A DNA stretch of 63,516 bases, counting the filler, from Reticulomyxa filosa (lineage: Eukaryota; Protista; Foraminifera), in the NCBI GenBank assembly GCA_000512085.1. It is 21 parts of 21 records of this genome, joined end to end, with 100 filler letters (N's around TTAATTAATTAA, not from the genome) between each part and the next. Parts side by side here need not be neighbours in the genome. Positions count along the whole stretch, not along the records: positions 49,476 to 52,427 come from ASPP01019768.1; positions 52,528 to 54,529 come from ASPP01017048.1; positions 54,630 to 57,152 come from ASPP01002609.1; positions 57,253 to 61,659 come from ASPP01016571.1; positions 61,760 to 63,516 come from ASPP01008660.1; 16 more parts are not named here. The stretch is one strand, 5' to 3'. The position numbers and the translations under genes were made by a program. This document shows positions 52,019 to 63,516 of the stretch, one piece after another; the first letter of the stretch is position 1, and each line of letters begins with the position of its first letter. The notes beneath the pieces were generated by a model. It worked only from the letters and a program-made list of their open reading frames with translations, had not been told where the DNA came from and made no database searches.

Positions 52019-52970
52019 TTATTACTGTTGGATAAGTTTTTATCCATATTTAACTTATTTTCTTTGTGTGCAATCTTGAGAATGTAATTTCATCTTCATG
52101 TTTATGGAGTGTGTCTATATATTATAATGTTCACACACATTTTTTTTGTCTTGTATACAAAAATAATAGTGCAGTTTTTTAAAAAAAAAATGGAGTAAGA
52201 CACAAACATTTTAAATTGTTTTTGCATATTTCTCAAAGAATGATCAATAAATATGCAATGTTTCTTCATTTTATAAAATAAAATTAAACTATTTTTTTTT
52301 GGCATGTGCACTGATTTAAACAAAATAAAAAATATACCAGAGATTAGTCTTTTATTTAACATCCAAAACAAATGAATTGATCACCATCAAGTATTGAATA
52401 ATCAATACTGCATACAATATGGATATGNNNNNNNNNNNNNNNNNNNNNNNNNNNNNNNNNNNNNNNNNNNNTTAATTAATTAANNNNNNNNNNNNNNNNN
52501 NNNNNNNNNNNNNNNNNNNNNNNNNNNTCATCTTTTTTCTTTATAATAACTAGCTGGAAAAAAATGAAAGGTGCAGTAAATTTAAAATTTTTTTTTTCTA
52601 GGTTATAAATATTTATATTTTATTTTTTGAAATTATGTGATAAAAGTAATAATTTGATTAAATAATATAAAATAATTCATTCGTTCTTTAAATTACAAAC
52701 AAAATATGATTAAAATATAGTTGCTCAAACATATTTATAGTGGCCAATTCTTTTGATAAAACTAAAACAAAGCAATTGGTTAATTTAAAAACATGAAACT
52801 TGGATTAGAATCATAAAGTATTGATCATTTTGATTGAAATTGTGCATTAAAAATTTTTTTTTTATTTGAACAACATTTTGGTAATAATTATTGCCAAGTA
52901 AATTGGAAAAAATAATTTACAAATTTGGATGAAATACAAACATAAAAACTTGCGTCTTTTTCCCTTTTAG

Positions 52971-54441
52971 CTATTTTTTTCGCCAAATAGTACAGTGCAA
53001 CAAAGTATACTCATGCACCCGAACTGACTTGCAAAGTACAGATGGGACATCCAATTCTTTGACAAAGGCAAATTGGTCACCCAAAATTCGTTTCAGTTCT
53101 GCCCCGCTTTGAATTTGCTTTTTTTTTTTTTTTTTTAACAACATCATTAAAGGAATAGCTACACGTATGAGTAACAAAAATGTGTTGTGAAAAATGATGC
53201 AAGTACTAAACTTCTCCCCTTTCGTTGTGTTTGCCTCCAATCCATTTGGATTTCGGAGTGACATTTGGATTCCAAGAATAAGATGACAAAAGGACAAAAG
53301 TTCCTCCCTTGTTGATTCGTTGATGAATACTAGATAAGAACAACAGAGGGTCATTCAATCGATCCAACAAATTGGTGGCGACAATTAAATCAAAATCTTT
53401 GTGTTCTGGATCCATATTTTGCACATCATTTTGAACAAGAACCACCTTATTCAAAATATTTTTGTATCCTAATTCATTCACTGTCACACGAAATTTTTTC
53501 GTAACTATTGCATTCACATAAAAAAAAAAAAAAGCAACAACAATATCAAATGTATCTTTGGTGTTGCAACCATAAACAAAGACAATACATATTGCAAACT
53601 GTCTCCTTCTTGGGGAAGAGTCCACTCCAAAAAGCCTTGCTCTTGTAAGCGATATCCTAGACCAATCAAACGAGTGCTTACATCCATTCCAACAACCTTA
53701 TCGAAGCACCTTGCCAACTCAAATGACAACCGACCAGCCCCACAGTTTGTATCTAACGCGCGTTTTCTCATTCGAGGGTCACTATTTGCCAATGCAATTT
53801 GAGCAACGGACTAATTTTATATACGTATGTATACATTTTTTGCTGTTATTATTATATGTTTCGTTATAACAATATAATTTAATAAATAACAACAACCAAC
53901 AAATCAGGTGTGAAAAGTTAAACATTCGAACCATCATTAAATTGGGTACTCCCAAGTATTTTTCATCCCAAAAATTGGAATGTGCACTCATGTCGGCTTC
54001 CAAGTTCGTATAGAGAGTCGTGTCGGCGAGTGTTTGGAGATACGATAGGTTACGACCGACAGGGCTTTTGTCGTCATTGACGACCGTGTCGTTGGTGTCG
54101 TCAATGTATCGAATACCGGCATGTTGGAAAAAGTGCCGACGGAATTGATAGCGCGACAAGGCAATAGCCTCATTGCCTGTGGATATCCACGATCCTCCTT
54201 TGAGCATGCTGTGATGAGGACCAAAGCAAGGCACGGTAAAGTCCTCGTACCACTTGTGCACGGCAAATCCTTCAAACGGGTGTTGCGGGGTTAGTGTGTG
54301 TTGCCACACATTGCCGATTATGTCATAAAAGCCACCACTGTTGGGACAAGGAAACATGTCTATAGGACATTCGCTAGTAAAGTATTCCAAGTTAGTATTG
54401 CCCGGAGCTTTTTTCCAATATGGTTGGTCGGTGGAACCAAT
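52971..54441 (-). CDS. ovoA: Ovothiol biosynthesis enzyme OvoA (5-histidylcysteine sulfoxide synthase / methyltransferase), 5'-truncated, 4 exons visible
   Basis: FGE-like domain GFYDIIGNVWQH..TP..PF.GF.VH.WYEDF..P.F...H.MLKGGSWISTGNEA...SRY.FRRHFFQHAG.RY, fused to a methyltransferase RALD..C..GR.SFELA..F..V.G.D.S, DLI...NL.DRL..P, W.....PK.KWIGG, DVP.V....R.......TIW. Confidence 0.93.
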
Positions 54442-54629
54442 CTGTGAACACACACCTACACATACATACATATATATGTATATTAACCAAAGTACTTTAC
54501 GTATACTTTTTTTTTTTTTTTTTTAAGTANNNNNNNNNNNNNNNNNNNNNNNNNNNNNNNNNNNNNNNNNNNNTTAATTAATTAANNNNNNNNNNNNNNN
54601 NNNNNNNNNNNNNNNNNNNNNNNNNNNNN

Positions 54630-55555
54630 ATCCAGTTCCTCATTTTTGAACATTTCATGCACAACATTGTGTCCGCTAATCAGCTTTCCACCGACGTATA
54701 ATAGCGGAAACCTTGGTAAACCACTTTTTCAATCACAAATTTCGCACACACAAAACGTTATACGTCTCAACCCTAAAAAAAAAAGAGCCAAACTTGTATT
54801 TTTGATTGAATTCCAAAAGCTTTGGATTTGTTAATACATTCTTAAATTTAAAATCGACCTCTGTTGATTTTATTTTTTTTTGTTTTACATAGTAAAAAAA
54901 AAATCCTAGAGAGGTATTCATTTTTTGTGCAAGTTAACCTTTTTGCAACCTCAAATAGTTTGTTTTTTTTTAAATGGGGATGATATGTATCTTTCATTCA
55001 TTTCTTCTCTCTTTTCCTCTCTTTTTCTCATTTCTTCCCCCTTTTTTTTTTTTTCTGTTTTCCTCTCCTTGCACTCAACTCAAAGTTTGTAACATCAACA
55101 CCACATTTTTAGACTGTGAACATGTTGAAAAGTCAGGGGTCCCATTCATATACAAATAAACAGGAAAGTCTCTCACGCCAAAAAATTTTTTTTTTTTTTT
55201 TTGAAAAAAAATTATTTGTCCTTTTTTTTTTTTTTGTTCCTCTGTGCACTCCTTCTCCTCAATTTTCACCACCTTTAGGATAATTTTTTTTTTTGTAAAA
55301 ATAATATTCCTTTTTTACTTTTTCTATCTCTTCCTGAATTTCGTCGGGAAAATTGAACACGGTTGGCTCTTGATCATACTCTTCCTCCTCCAGAAATTCG
55401 TGCGAAAATGCTCGTTTACAACTTTGAAAACACTGCTTTCGGCTCGGACGCGCACTTCGCCTTATCGGTAGCGTCCTCAAAGTTCGCTTCAGTATCATGC
55501 TTGAATAATTACTTTTTTTGACAGGAAACTTTCGTAACAATTTAATCAATGCCAT
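54630..55555 (-). CDS. Divergent monothiol glutaredoxin (Grx5-like) with mitochondrial-type presequence, multi-exon
   Basis: Basic N-terminus; PVYLYMNGTPDFSTCSQSKNVVLML, VDFKFKNVLTNPKLLE, IYVGGKLISGHNVVHEMFKNEEL. Confidence 0.75.
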
Positions 55556-55779
55556 GATTACCACAATAATTGAAACAAGTTTTCAATAAGAGAAGCAATA
55601 CAAAATACAATTTTTTTTTTGCCAAAAGTTTAAAATTCAATATCGAATGAGAATAACAAAATATTGACCAAGTTTGTTGCAAATCACAGCAAGAGTTATG
55701 AAATTTAAAATAAAAAAGAAAGCGTTGTATTTGATTGCTTTCAAATGTCTTATATTAGCTGCTCTTTAATCTCATGTAA

Positions 55780-56165
55780 TTATCTATTGATTTAAATATC
55801 CCAAAAACGAATAGTATTATCACCAGTACAGAACACAAATATTGATGACTATTAAATGATGAGAATTCAATAGTGTTCATCGAATATTTGGAAAAGTTTC
55901 TTTTCTTTGATATCCCAAAAAAGAATGGTTTTGGCAAATAATGAAGAATAAATTACATTACAATGACTATTATGATAATGATATGGTAAAATTTAACACA
56001 ATACACAGAATATCAATAACTGTTGAAAAATTGAATTTGTTTGCTGCGCATACATAAACTATGTTATCAGCTGATCCAAAATAAATGAGTTGTGACAATC
56101 ACCAAATGTCGAACAATGAATACTATAAACACAACTTGTGTGTCCAGTGAATGTCTTCACTAATT
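55780..56165 (-). pseudogene. Degraded WD40-family pseudogene
   Basis: Broken frames give KTFTGHTSCVYSI, GSADNIVYV, VYCVKF, KTILFWDIKE, IEFSSFNSHQYLCS and DNTIRFWDI, with stops and indels. Confidence 0.72.
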
Positions 56166-57380
56166 TTGATGATCAAAGTTTAGTGTAGAAGATAACTTTT
56201 GGATTTGGATTTTAATAATTTGTTTTTTTTTTCTTCGTTATTATTGACTTGTATTTTATAAATTTCATTGTTTTTAAATTCAATTTCTTTCAGTTTAACG
56301 ATTAAAATGAAATTTTTTTAAAAGGGAGAAGCTACATTTTCTGTGTGATCACTTTGAAAGTTTAATCTTTTTTTTTTTAATTCTCAATTTTGTTTTTTGA
56401 AGAAAAGAATGAAACAACAGGATTTAAGATCTGAGTAATAATGACAATATCAGTATTCAAGAAACAATACAGTGTGAAAGTATATTGATAAATTAACTTT
56501 GAACACAACATGAAACTGAACAATTAAATGCAATTTTAAAAGAAAATTAAAAGATTTAAATGCTTATTTAACTAATAAATATGCTTCAATCAAAATTTAA
56601 AGGAACATTTGATTAACAATATGAAAGTACATTTTAATTTAGTTGCTCTACTACAATAAAAAGACTTTTTTTTGTATTTGACTTGTATATCTTTATTTTG
56701 AAATTACAGACTATATTTCTTATATGTTGTACATATATTATCTCTTGCATTTATTTGAAAGGTTATACATTCAATTTTTTAGCTGGCTTTTACAGTATGA
56801 CTTTTTTTGTAACAAAAATTTTTTATCAAATTGTAAAGAAAAAATTATCCATTTAACAAAAATTTAAACTTGTGTTTAAGAGAAGCTTTTATTGTGTGAT
56901 AAAAGAATATGATGTTAGTTTTTTAAAGTTCTCTTTGTTCCTTTGCAGTTTTACGCTTACCAGCTACCAACCAACTGACCACTCGACTGAGAAAAATATT
57001 TTTTCTTCATGATCCATGCTTTCTGTTGATATTCCCGTTTGTTTCAAACGTTTTTTTCCAATTTTGGACAGTTATCACGCTGACCTTGAAATGTTTTGAC
57101 ACTTTTCACATAGAAATATTAATAATTTTCGCTAAAAAATATTTCATAATTCNNNNNNNNNNNNNNNNNNNNNNNNNNNNNNNNNNNNNNNNNNNNTTAA
57201 TTAATTAANNNNNNNNNNNNNNNNNNNNNNNNNNNNNNNNNNNNNNNNNNNNAAAAAAAAAAAAAAGTTTTGAATGGATATATGGGATATGTCTATATAC
57301 AAATAATGCATATACAATACATTATAAATACGTATACATACATATATATGTTTATGTTTGTGTGCGTATGACGGGGGGGG

Positions 57381-58849
57381 ATGTCGGTTGAAACAGTTAC
57401 AATGGCGAGGGAATATCGCAATAATTACGGCAAAGACGATAGCCATCGTGCGTGGTACACGCCAGGAGACCCGGGATTGTTTTATCCGCACAGTAGCAAC
57501 AATGCGCTGACTCAGAACGCGCCGCTTGAGTGCGAGGTATTATGGGAGGACTGCATACGTAACATGCGCGCCAATCGACATTTGGAATGGAAGGAATTGG
57601 ACGATCCCAATAATCCAGATAATTCGACCAACGATGATCTATTGGATGAAAACTATTCTGATCCAGACTTTGAAAGAGTTTGTTTTTTTTTTTTGGACCA
57701 CATGAAAGAGGGAGGAGGGAGGGGGGGGGGCGCTTTTAAAAATTTCAAAAATTATTATGCCAAAGGTACAAAAAAAAAAAAAAAAAAAGTTAGGTGAAAA
57801 ATGTAATACGATTGCAATTAGCATATCATCACAAAGTTCGAAAATTCAAACAAGGAAAAGATGTCCCTTCTCGCTTTTTGAATAAGAATCCAATGAACGG
57901 TTTCCGCATTGGGTATTTACATCAGTTGTTCCCAGATGCCAAATTTGTTCATTTGTCTCGAAATCCATTAAAGACCTGCGAATCACAAATCCAATTGGAA
58001 GACTGCGCGGGTCGTTGTTGGTACTTTGATCCACAAGAGTTTAGAAAGCATGCCTTTGCTCCCAAGCCTCTGTCCAAAGAAGTGATCGATCGACATGAAC
58101 AGCCACCAAAACATTGGAGTTGGTTGCTCCATGGAAATTATCCTAATCAATTCCTTGGTTTCCATTGGTTCCCACGAATTTTCCCCAGAACAACTCCTGG
58201 TAAATTTATATACACATATATGTATATATATATATATGTATATGTGTATATAAATGTATATGTTTATATTTATGTGTGCATATACTAAACGCTGTATATT
58301 CCAATTTTTAACACAAATACAATACACATTAAATACGAATAGAATATCACCAAATCAACAAATATCTCAAGAAAGATAAACGAGCTTGTGCATTTGCCAC
58401 TGGCATAGTACAACAGGAGCGTTGCGCATTGGAGGCCTATGAACGCCTTGGCTTTAAAGAAGGCAAGAAATTGCTTTCTCTTTGGCATGAGGATTTATTA
58501 CACGACCCTGCTCTAGTGCTGGAACGAATATTTGAATTCCTTGAAGTTGACACTACCAAAGATCAAATTATGGAATTTTTACGAAAAGAAGATTTTCCTC
58601 AAGGAAAACCCAATGTTGCTAGAGTGGAACGAAGTAATGAAAAACAAGAAAAAGTATTTGGGGACGAAACTGAAGAAGTTAAGATCTGGCAAACTCTTTT
58701 CATTACACTCGTGTTATTTACTTGCTTTGGCTTTTTTTCTAGGTAATGAAAGCATTAGAACCGTGTTTGAAACGCTTCAAAGAGCGAGTACCCTTTTCAG
58801 ACAAGATCAAGAAGCAAATACAAAAGTAAATACATTTCATACACAGTGA
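57381..58849 (+). CDS. Sulfotransferase-family protein (P-loop fold), 5'-partial, multi-exon
   Basis: RFLNKNP.N.FRI.YL.QLFPDAKFVHL.RNP (3'-phosphate-binding region), then HEDLL.DP...LERIFEFL. Confidence 0.8.
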
Positions 58850-59152
58850 TAGGGTATGGTGATGGGTGTAGACGTGATAAATAAAGGTGTTTTAAATAGA
58901 TGAAAATTAAGGACGTAAATACGAATTGATGATTTTTTTTTTTTTACTTTTTAATTAATGAAGATTCCGTTCAGTGTTTGCGTTCATATTTTTGCATTAA
59001 GCTGAAAATTACATAACTTTTATCAAAGGAAACCGATTACAAATTACTTTAAAAAATTTCTCTTCGCTAATTATGCCAAAGTAGTCACTATCGCAACCCC
59101 AAAGATCTTGCATCGACATGTCTGCCCCCAACTTTTTTTTGGTTAAAAAAAT

Positions 59153-61659
59153 ATGACGTGGAAACAATCAGATATTACCAAATATAAGATTTTGGGCAAA
59201 ATTGGTTCAGGTACATACGGTAATGTATACCGAGCGCATCTTCAGCAGTCAGAGCAAACTACAGTAGCCGTGAAAGAGATTAAGATGGAAGACGAAAAAG
59301 AGGGGTTTCCAGTTACGGCGATTCGTGAGATAAAAATATTGACTTCACTGGATCATCCCAATATTGTGAAGCTGTTGGAGGCAATAACAAACAGACATAC
59401 TGGTTTGCACTTGATAGTATTGCATGAAATGAAAAACAAAAAAAGAAAAGTTCACTGAACGAAAAAAACACCCAACAAAAAAAAAAGGATACTCAATGAA
59501 CATGTACATGGTATTTGAGTACGTGGACCATGACTTGAGTGGACTGTTGCAAAACCAAACCGTATATTTTAGGCTGCATGAAATAAAGCATATATTGCAG
59601 CAAATTGTGAGAGGATTGAATTACTTGCATAACACAGCGCACATAATTCATCGCGATTTGAAGTCATCGAACATACTGATAACAAACGACGGTACAGTGA
59701 AAATTGCCGACTTTGGTTTGGCGCGACAGTACGTCCCTAGTGAGTACGAATGGTTTTATCACCCGGAACGAGTGCACCGCAGCGTGGACGCCGCAACGGC
59801 CATGTATGACCCCAGAGTATCTCACGTCAAGCGTAACTTCACCAACCGCGTGGTGACCTTGTGGTATAGAGCACCCGAACTATTGCTCGGCGATGTCTGT
59901 TATACCTGTCAAGTCGACATGTGGAGTGTCGGTTGTGTGTTTGCCGAGATGTTGGTCGGAAAGCCTATCTTTCAAGGTTTTGCACTATATTCATCAAAAC
60001 AAAAAAAAAAAGGGGGGGGGGAGGAGGAGGGAGGGTAATATTTATGTATACATATATATATATATAATATTTTGTATAAACATATTTATGTATACGTATA
60101 CTTTAAATATAATTTTTTTTTTAAATGTACTGTATGCTTATTTTATTAATGTATGTATGTACGCAAAGGACATAACGAGCTGGAACAGTTTCGACAAATT
60201 TCTGCCGTTTGTGGTACCCCAAACGCTGAAGAGTGGCCTGAATCAAAGAAACTGAAGGACTCCCTTAAGTTGCTAAAAAAAATGCAGTATCAACCCAACC
60301 GACTAAAAGAACACTTCCAACGATTTATCGTCAATGACAATGACCCACTCGGAGCACTCCATTATAGCGATCGTGTCTTAAACCCTCATGGCTACGCTCT
60401 ACTTCACGGGCTTCTTACACTCAGCCCTTTCAGACGATTGACCGCCAAAGACGCGCTACAAAGCGAATGGTTTCAAATGTCGCCCGCTCCACAGCCCCCA
60501 AAGTAAAGTATTGTTCTTTATCTTGGCTTATAATGTACACATAACACATTGTGTATAAAAAGGAGAGATAGAGATAGAATATACAGCCTTTTTTTTTTTT
60601 TTTATTTTTTAAAAAAAAAACTTGTGTGGTTCGACAGCTGGACCAACATTGAACCGTCACACGATTGGGAAGCAAGACAACGCAAAAAAGAAAAGGAACG
60701 CGAAAAGGGAAAAGACAAGGACAAACAGAACAGTGACGAAGATCTGTCAACGCAGAAACGAAGACTTGCAAATGAGTACATGAATGAACAAGGACATGTG
60801 CATGACAATGACCATGAAAACGACAATGAGAATAGTAATCACAGTCATAGTCACAGTCACAGTCACGGTCATAGTAGCAGTCATAGTTATAATCACCATC
60901 ATCATAGTAACAGTAACATCAACACTAATCATAGCTATAATCATGACTATAGAAATAGCAATAGCAATAGCAATAGCAATAGCAATAGCAATGGCAATAG
61001 CAATGTAAATGCAAATTTGCATACACTCAATGAAAATGAAAACAGCAGCTCGAGTGAGCGGGCCAACTCCCAATCGAGTCCGGCAATCGACTTTTCCAAT
61101 CACAACGAGGCGCAGTCGCATCGTCTTCACCACTCAAATGTCAACAAATCGACCCTCGACGATTCACTACTTTCCACTCCTTCTTCTTCTTCTTCTTCCG
61201 CTCTCAAACGCGAGGATTTGGTCGGCTTTCGATCTGAGACCATTGAACATTTGTGTTCGCATACTGCAGTACCGTCAACCACTGTGACAGCAGTCACTCC
61301 CTCTACTATAGCAGCAGCAACAGCAACAACAAAAACAACAGCAACAACAGCAACAACAGCAGCAATAGCAGCAGTAGCAACAACAACAACAACAACAACA
61401 ACAAAAACACTACTACTACTACTAATAATAATAATAATAACAACAGTTCACATTTATCTCAAATACAAACAAATTTGTCTGACCCTTCAACAGGCGCTTA
61501 CGCGTCGTATCAATCATCCACACAACCTTTGGTGGGCCAACATCGAAATGTAGGAGTCGCTCGCCATTATCACACCCAAACGAATCGCGTGTTCATCGAG
61601 GCGCAAAATCGCTCTCGCTACCCTCCGATGGTGTATCGCTATACTACAAATCGCCAACA
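59153..61659 (+). CDS. Cyclin-dependent kinase, CDK9/CDK12 (CDKC) type, multi-exon, 3'-partial
   Basis: IGSGTYG.VY, VAVK, EGFPVTAIREIKIL, MVFEYVDHDL.GLL, HRDLKSSN, DFGLAR, FTNRVVTLWYRAPELLLG; His/Ser/Asn/Gln-rich tail. Confidence 0.93.
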
Positions 61660-61759
61660 NNNNNNNNNNNNNNNNNNNNNNNNNNNNNNNNNNNNNNNNN
61701 NNNTTAATTAATTAANNNNNNNNNNNNNNNNNNNNNNNNNNNNNNNNNNNNNNNNNNNN

Positions 61760-62147
61760 CCAACCGCACTGCCTCTTGTTCCAGTAAGACGAATGAAAAC
61801 AATCTTGAGATTAAACAATTGAATTTTTCTCCATCATTGAAATGATCGACTATCTTGAGACTTGGCTTAGTCGGTTTCTTGTGTTGGCGATTGCATCAAG
61901 GTTCCCAAGTTTTCGACGAAGTTTGATATGTAATTGAAATAACCAAGTCGCACGCCATTGACACTGCCATCGATTGCTTGAAACTCCATTTGTCCAGCTC
62001 AACCACAATCAACACATATCTTGAAAGGTCTACTGGCCCAATAAAACGAACAGGCCCAATTTTCCAACGTGCTGTTCGCACTAGATCTTTTTTGGGCATT
62101 TTTCTCCTCCTCCCACCATCTTCTTTGAACAGTGCGCTCATGCGCAT
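61760..62147 (-). pseudogene. CAP-Gly domain remnant
   Basis: DLVRT...IG.VRFIG.VD.....I.VELDKW, then in another frame DGSVNGVR; frames are disrupted. Confidence 0.6.
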
Positions 62148-62805
62148 TTTCCATGTTTATTGGGATAAATCCCATTTTTTTTCTTTTCAATTTCCCTACC
62201 CTTTTTTTTTTCTCTTTTTTTCTTTCTTTTTCTTTTTTATCTTTTTAATTTTTTTTCTTTTTTTTCATATTACCATTTTTTTTTTCTTTATCATTTGTAA
62301 CTTTTTTTTTTCTTTTTTTTCTTTCTTTTCTATTTTCTCATTTTTATTCTTTTATTTTTTTCTTTTTTCTTAAATAAAAATTTTTTCCCCCCTTTTATTC
62401 CCTTCATTTTTCCCTCCATTTTTCTTTTCCCCAAAATTTTCACTATCCCTCTCATCTCAAATAAAAATAAAAATAAAATAAAAAACAACAAACTTCTACT
62501 CTTGCAATCCTATACACACAGTCACTGTAAAATAATTTTAATTTTTAAGAAAAAAAAACAACATACTTTTGACACTGAGCTAAAAGCTCCATTCCAATCA
62601 ACCTATTTTTTTTTTCTTTTGTCACATGGAGGGGGGCATATACAATTTTTTGTTGATGAGGGCATGCCTATTGCCAAACAAACATTTAATTAAAAAAAAT
62701 ATAAAAAGAAAGACAAACACAAACCATTTTATTTTTTTTTTCAACGCGGGGTGGCTTCAACCCCTAAATTTTCTTTGAAGGGTGTGGACGTATACTTTTT
62801 TTTAA

Positions 62806-63080
62806 TAGACGGGCTGATGCTGTCATAAAAAAAACACAAAGTTAATTTGTTCAAAAAAAATTTATAAATATATGCACACCTTTTTGTATCCTTGCGGAGA
62901 CAGGGGGGGTCTTACCCAGATCAATTTTTTTTTTCTTTTGACAGATGGGCTGCGGCTATCATTAAAAAACAAAGTTAATTTGCCAAAAAAAAATTATATA
63001 AATATATACAAACCTTTTTTGCTCCTTGCGGAGACGGGGGGCCTTACCCCAGATCAATTTTTTTTTTCTTTTGCCGAAGG
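62806..63080 (+). repeat. ~135-bp tandem duplication (2 copies)
   Basis: Unit gggctg..gct.tcat...aaagttaatttg...ataaatatat.ca.acctttttg..ccttgcggagac.ggggg..ttacccagatcaattttt occurs at ~62806-62942 and ~62943-63080. Confidence 0.8.
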
Positions 63081-63516
63081 ATGCAAAGCATCCAAAAGAA
63101 CCATTCTTTTTTTTTTCAAAGTGGACAGCTGTTAAAAAGAAAACAAAACCACTTTTTTAAGTCGAAAAGTTAGAATAAAGCTAAAAAAGACGTACTAGTG
63201 AGAGAGTGCGTGTATCACCCAATTTCGAGCTGGTGCTAGAGACAGCAAAAAAAAAGAAAAAATCCTTTTTTTCAGTAAGACGTAACGCACAACTAATAAA
63301 AATTTTGTCAAAAATGTCAAAACATTCCAAAAAATTACAATTTTTGAATATTTTTTAATAAACAACTTGAAAAACAGAATTCCTAAAATTTTCGCATTAT
63401 TTCATTTGTGGTTCTACAATTGTGATTCCAAAAACAGATATTTGGAATGAATACTTATTTTTTCTTGAGTAACGACTTTTGTCTGGAAGAGAAAAAAGCT
63501 TCTCTTTTAGAAAAAG

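Noticed and set aside
52971-58849. OvoA + glutaredoxin + sulfotransferase as a sulfur/redox gene cluster
   Set aside because: Three separate contigs; the adjacency comes from concatenation.
5367-61759. Regularly recurring TTAATTAATTAA flanked by Ns, superficially like a repeat array or CRISPR
   Set aside because: Fixed 100-bp assembly linkers with six-frame stops; not biological.

Overview
This window is not one locus. It is about 21 short contigs joined by artificial 100-bp linkers (44 N + TTAATTAATTAA + 44 N), so adjacency across linkers means nothing. Twenty contigs are AT-rich eukaryotic DNA with short GT-AG introns, (TA)n and poly-A/T tracts, and lineage-expanded WD40, TPR, RING-like and PUB-like families. 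These resemble the foraminiferan Reticulomyxa filosa; that assignment is my recognition, not a database result. One contig (7522-8809) is gammaproteobacterial (queG / tsaE / amiB). Recognisable eukaryotic genes: Notchless/Rsa4, CLC channel, NXT1-like, S10 carboxypeptidase, 2OG-Fe(II) oxygenase-like, F-box protein, BET-like bromodomain protein, G-alpha, probable TM+RGS protein, RAD51C-like, PepN-type aminopeptidase, MOSC/mARC, GRIP golgin, PDXDC1-like, Grx5-like, sulfotransferase and a CDK9/12-type kinase. The best leads are: (1) an intron-containing ovothiol synthase (OvoA) with altered SAM-binding motifs; (2) a decayed Tc1/mariner element whose end recurs four times on three contigs; (3) a coiled-coil protein ending in a TNF/C1q-like domain; (4) an unnamed diverged repeat family; (5) a tRNA-like fragment. 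Many genes carry single-base frameshifts in homopolymer runs, most likely sequencing errors. I found no multi-gene novel system that I can support.
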